A DNA stretch of 64,000 bases from an uncultured Holophagales bacterium (GTDB lineage Bacteria > Acidobacteriota > Thermoanaerobaculia > Multivoradales > UBA5704): contig CAWJGT010000003.1 in the NCBI GenBank assembly GCA_963842525.1, positions 896,001 to 960,000 of the forward strand, in the 5' to 3' direction. Made by a program: the position numbers and the translations under genes. This document shows, piece by piece, positions 60,050-64,000 of this stretch. The notes under the pieces were generated by a model. The model made no database searches. It was not told the DNA's origin and was given only the letters and a program-made list of their open reading frames with translations. Position 1 is the first letter of the stretch, and each line of letters opens with the position of its first letter.

Positions 60050-63000
60050 ATGCCTGAGAGCCACACGGCCTTCCTCAGCTATGCCCATCAGCATGAAGCG
60101 TGGGTGAGGACGCTGCACGCCAACCTGGAGCGGTGCCTTGCCCATCTCGGGCGGCCGGGGACGGTGTTCCTCGATCAGGTGGACCTGGGGGCCGGCCGTT
60201 CCTGGGTGGGGCAGCTTCAGGCGGGGCTCGAAAAAGCCGGCCGGCTGATCCTGGTGGCGACTCCCGAAGCGCTTGCTTCGCCGCGGGTCGCCGACGAGTG
60301 GGAGACCTTCATCGCCCGCCGCCGCGACTGGCGGCAGGGGAATCTCCAGGTCGTCCTGCTGATCGATGCGCCTCTGCCGCCCTTCCTGGATGGCGTCCAG
60401 CGGGTGGATTTCCGGCGCGGCGGCGAAGCGCAATACCGCCGGGCGCTGCAGGAGCTGCTGTCGGGCCTCCTTGGCCACGAAGACCGGCGCGACCTGCCGG
60501 CGCTCTCTCCAGAGATCGAGATCCCGGCGGCGCCCGATCCCGGTCTGCCTAAGGAGCTGCGCGGCCGGTTGGTGGCCTGGCTGGCGCCGGCCGTGCGGAG
60601 CAGGATGCGCCGCCTGGCAGTCGCTTCGGGGCTCCGCCTGGAAAGCAATGCCCTGGAGGGACACCCCTCACCCGAATGCGCTGCCTCGGCAGCCCTGGTC
60701 CTCGCCACGGGAAAGGATGACCCGGTCCAAGGGGCTTTGCGGATCGTCGACGTTCTGGCCGAGCTGGTGGAGGAGGAAGAGCCCGAGCGGGCGGCCGAGC
60801 TGACGCCGCTCCGCGCCGAGCTCGAAGAGCTGCGTGGCGCCGGCCCCGAGCGCGGCCTCCTGCGCGTCTACCTGGAGGCGGTCGACCGGGACCATGCGGA
60901 GCTGGTGCCCTACTTCCAACGCCAGGCCGAGCTGGCCCTGCTCGACCGGGTGTACGTGCAACTCGAGCTGAGGCCGGAAGAGCGCGGTTTTGCCGCGCGG
61001 GAAGGGACCGGCGGGGGAGCTCCTGCGGCCGCTGGGCCTGCGGGAGCTGTTGGAGCTCGATCCGGCGGAGCACCGCTGGGTTACCCGCCGCTGGGTGGTG
61101 CGGGGCGATCCGGGAGCGGGCAAGACGACGCTCCTGCGGCACCTCGCCGCCACCCTGGCGAAGGAAGAAAAGGAAAATCCGCGCCCGCGCCGGGTGCCGG
61201 TCTTCGAATCGCTGCCGCGCCTGGTCCGGGAGCGCGACCCGCTGCTGAACCGGCTGGCCCGCCGGCTGGAGCGCGCCGGCCATCCGGCCCAGGGGCTCCA
61301 GGCCGTGCTCGACCGGGCGGGACAGGAAGGACGGCTGGTCCTTCTCTTCGACGGCCTGGACGAGGTGCCGAAAGAGGAGCGCGACGAGGCCGAAAAGATG
61401 CTGCGCGACGTCGCCGCCCTCTGGCCGTCCTCCACGCTCGTCGTCACCACCCGTCCCATCGGTTATCACCGGCTCGGCCATGAGCTCCTCGAGCTGGACC
61501 TCCTGCCGCTCGACGCCGGCCATCGCCGGGAGTTCCTTGCCCGCTGGTTCGGCCGGCGTGCCGGCGCCCCCGATTTCGCGCGCGCCGACCGCGAGCTTCC
61601 GGTCCTCGAAGAAGATCCCGGGCTGCGGGAGCTGGCAGGCAACCCGCTCTACCTCACTCTGATGGCGCTGCTGCTGGAGAAAGGGACCGCGCCCGACCGC
61701 AACCGCACCCGGCTCTACGACCAGGTCTTCGAGCTGCTGCTCGAAGGCAAACACCGTCCCGATGGCGAGCCCATCGACTGCCAGGCCGGCGTGCGGGAGG
61801 TCCTGCGCCACCTCGGCTACGGCATGACGCTGGACAACCGGGACACCGAGCCGGTGACCGCCCTGGAGGCGCGGCTCTACCAGCCGGAAGCCGACCGCCT
61901 GCGCGAGCCCCTCGAGCGCGTCGCCCGCTGGCGGACGAGCCTGCGGCCCTTCCTCGATGACCTGTCGCGCAAGACCGGCATCCTCGGCCCGCACGACGGC
62001 CCGGACGCCGATTGGCGCTTCTGGCACCGAACTTTCCGCGAGGCCCTGGCAGCCGAGCGGCTCGAGCAGTTAGCGGCAAGCCGTGGCAACGAGGCCATCC
62101 TGGCGTTCGCCCGTGAGATTGCCGGCGACGAGAGCCGCTGGGCCGAGCCCTTCGCCCTGCTCACCGGCCGGATCGCCGACCCGGACGGCCTCGTCCGTGC
62201 CCTGGTCGAGGCCAACCGCTCCCTCGGCCTGCGCGCCCTGGCCACGGCCCCGGAGACTGCGGCCCGAGACCCTCACGGCGGTCCTCGCGCTCAGCGAGCA
62301 ATGGCAGGAGAGGGCCGAGGTCTACCGCCGCCTCCCCGAGCTCGTCGGCGACCCGGAGCGCGCCCTGGCACTCCTCGACCGGCTGCGCCGGCAGACCCGC
62401 AACGGCAACGACCTCTACTTCCTGGACCTCGCCGTGCGCTCGGCCGGCGAGCGCTGGCCGGACCACGCCCGAAAGGCCGCCGATTTCCTCAGCCGGTTCT
62501 ACAGCCACATCCCGCCACCGCCGGACGACCTCTTCCAGTGGATCGACACGCCCCTCGACGGCCGGGTCCCCCTGTGGCGTGAGATCCCGGCCGGCCGGTT
62601 CTGGATGGGAAGCCCGGAGGGAGAAGGGGACAAAGACGAGCACCCCCGCCACGAGGTGGTGCTCACCGCGCCTTTCCGGATCGGCGCGGTGCCGGTCACC
62701 AACGCACAGTACCTGGCCTTCGACCCGGAGCATCAGGCGACCCCGTGGGAAGGGGTCTCTGCGGCCGACCTACGCTTCCATCCCGCCGAGAGCGTCACCT
62801 GGTTTGAGGCCATGTCGTTCTGCCGCTGGCTTGCCGCGCGAGCCCCTTGGGCGCGCGGCGCCCGGTTGCCGCTGGAAGAGGAATGGGAGCACGCCTGCCG
62901 TGCTGGGACCGAAACTCGGTACTGGAGCGGAGACGACGACGCCGGCCTGGAACGCGTCGGGTGGTACGGAGCCAACTCCGAGGACCGGACGCACCGCGTT

Positions 63001-63321
63001 GGCGAAAAACCGGCGAACGCCTGGGGTCTTTACGACGTGCACGGCAATGTATGGGAGTGGACGGCGAGCCTTTTCACCCAGCAGTATGAAATCCCCGAAG
63101 GTGGGGTCCGCCTCGATTCCGCGGCCGTCGAGCCGCCTCTTGAGACCGAGCCCAGCGGCGCGAGGCGCGTGATGCGTGGTGGGTGCTCTTGGGATGTCGC
63201 GGTCTGGACGCGTGCGGCGGTTCGCGGCATCGGGAGCCCGGGCCTCGTGATCGGGAACCAGGGCTTTCGCGTTCTGCTCCCCGGCGCCCCGAGCTTCCAG
63301 GCTATAGATCTTGGATCATAG
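60050..63321 (+). CDS. NLR-like protein TIR + NACHT + FGE-sulfatase (C-type-lectin fold), about 1090 aa, two apparent frameshifts (near 61000 and 62250); probable DGR target
   Basis: TIR (AFLSYAH...VFLD...DEW), NACHT (GDPGAGKT, LLFDGLDE, VTTR, NPLYL, FWHRTFREAL), FGE (F.MGS...E.P.H.V, PVTNAQY, EWEHACRAG, NAWGLYDVHGNVWEW, RV.RGG...GFR). Confidence 0.85.
63160..63295 (+). other. Putative DGR variable region (VR) and 3' homing end
   Basis: RVMRGGCSWDVAVWTRAAVRGIGSPGLVIGNQGFRV. Non-scaffold codons are mostly NNY or NGG, derivable by A-to-N change from AAY/AGG template codons. Confidence 0.6.
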
Positions 63322-63651
63322 AGGGTGTGTTCTATGCGGCCGGCACGGCAGCCGGCGGCAAGAATTGACCCTTTTGCTGCCGCTGGCGGTGAAGAAAGCG
63401 GTGACGGTGACCCCCGAAAGGCAGGTTTCCGGCCGGCCGGGCAGGAGCCGATGATCCAATCGTGGAGCCCCGACCGCCCAGCATTGTCCGTATCTTGCTG
63501 GCTCTGCCACCCCAATGACCTTGGTGGCCAGCTTTGCGCCGCCAGATGGTCAAGATGCTGCCGTTTTCGGCAAAGCGTGCCGGAAAGGTGTAAGCGATGT
63601 CTGGTGTAAGAGTCTGCGGACTGCGGCGTTCTCTGAAAGGAGGACCCGAGC

Positions 63652-64000
63652 ATGGAGCTTTCCATCCGAGAGGTCGCAGTCTTGCTGGGCCGGAGCCCCC
63701 GGACGGTGCGTGCACAGGCGTCGCGGGGAGACCTGCCCGGCGTCAAGCGCAACGGGCGCTGGCGCATCGAACGCCGCAACCTGCCCCTCACCGAAGACCA
63801 GCGGCGCGCTCTGCAGGCCAAGGCCGATACGATCCGCGACACCGTGGAGGCCGCGCTGCCGTCGCGGATGGCGCGCTCGGCCGGGCAGCGAACGCGCTCC
63901 ATCGCCGATCTCGAGGCGTTCCGCCGGGGAGCGCAGCTCCTGGCGGAGATCCGGGCCGCGAGCCCGGAAACCTTCCGCAGCTCGATTCACGCGCGGGTAA
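63652..64000 (+). CDS. Excisionase-type HTH protein with possible Avd-like helical C-terminal domain (3'-truncated)
   Basis: Not in the supplied ORF track. RBS AAAGGAGG then MELSIREVAVLLGRSPRTVRAQASRGDLPGVKRNGRWRI...SIADLEAFRRGAQLLAEI. Confidence 0.75.
   Translation, partial: MELSIREVAVLLGRSPRTVRAQASRGDLPGVKRNGRWRIERRNLPLTEDQRRALQAKADTIRDTVEAALPSRMARSAGQRTRSIADLEAFRRGAQLLAEIRAASPETFRSSIHARV

Noticed and set aside
62083-63321. Stand-alone formylglycine-generating enzyme or EgtB
   Set aside because: It lacks the FGE catalytic cysteine motif and has no sulfatase context. It continues the NACHT protein across a homopolymer frameshift.
63322-63651. DGR template repeat or 6S RNA in this spacer
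   Set aside because: No similarity to the VR and no AAC-rich tract. The pairing is multibranched, and I cannot support a 6S call without a covariance search.
63652-64000. Prophage excisionase marking a phage boundary
   Set aside because: The protein extends well past the HTH, no phage or integrase genes are in view, and the context fits a DGR accessory gene better. It cannot be fully excluded because the gene is truncated.

Overview
High-GC bacterial chromosomal segment. Gene content resembles Acidobacteriota (Thermoanaerobaculia-like), which is inference only. It carries housekeeping blocks (rnr-der, thrC, thiolase-SDR, speB, cobB-radC-larC-hslO-metG-tatD, tRNA-Leu(CAG)) and a split complex I operon (nuoA-E-F-G-H-J-K-L-M-N, no B/C/D/I) that ends in rex and has a near-consensus Rex operator upstream of nuoA. 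Accessory content includes two NLR-like STAND proteins (TIR-NB-ARC-WD40 at 28802-31711; TIR-NACHT-FGE/C-type-lectin fold at 60050-63321), a Ser/Thr kinase-TPR protein, GT-C-like membrane proteins flanking a tandem PAN/Apple protein, a knottin-like Cys-rich peptide, several orphan antitoxins and gene remnants, three families of REP-like palindromes and two unusual tandem arrays. The strongest signal is at the right edge. The last codons of the TIR-NACHT-CLec gene show the codon pattern of a diversity-generating retroelement (DGR) variable region. The next gene encodes an excisionase-type HTH followed by what looks like the start of an Avd-like helical bundle. The template repeat and reverse transcriptase are not in this window and are predicted just beyond base 64000. 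Several single-base frameshifts in otherwise intact genes (including nuoE) suggest long-read indel errors, so split ORFs are treated as single genes.
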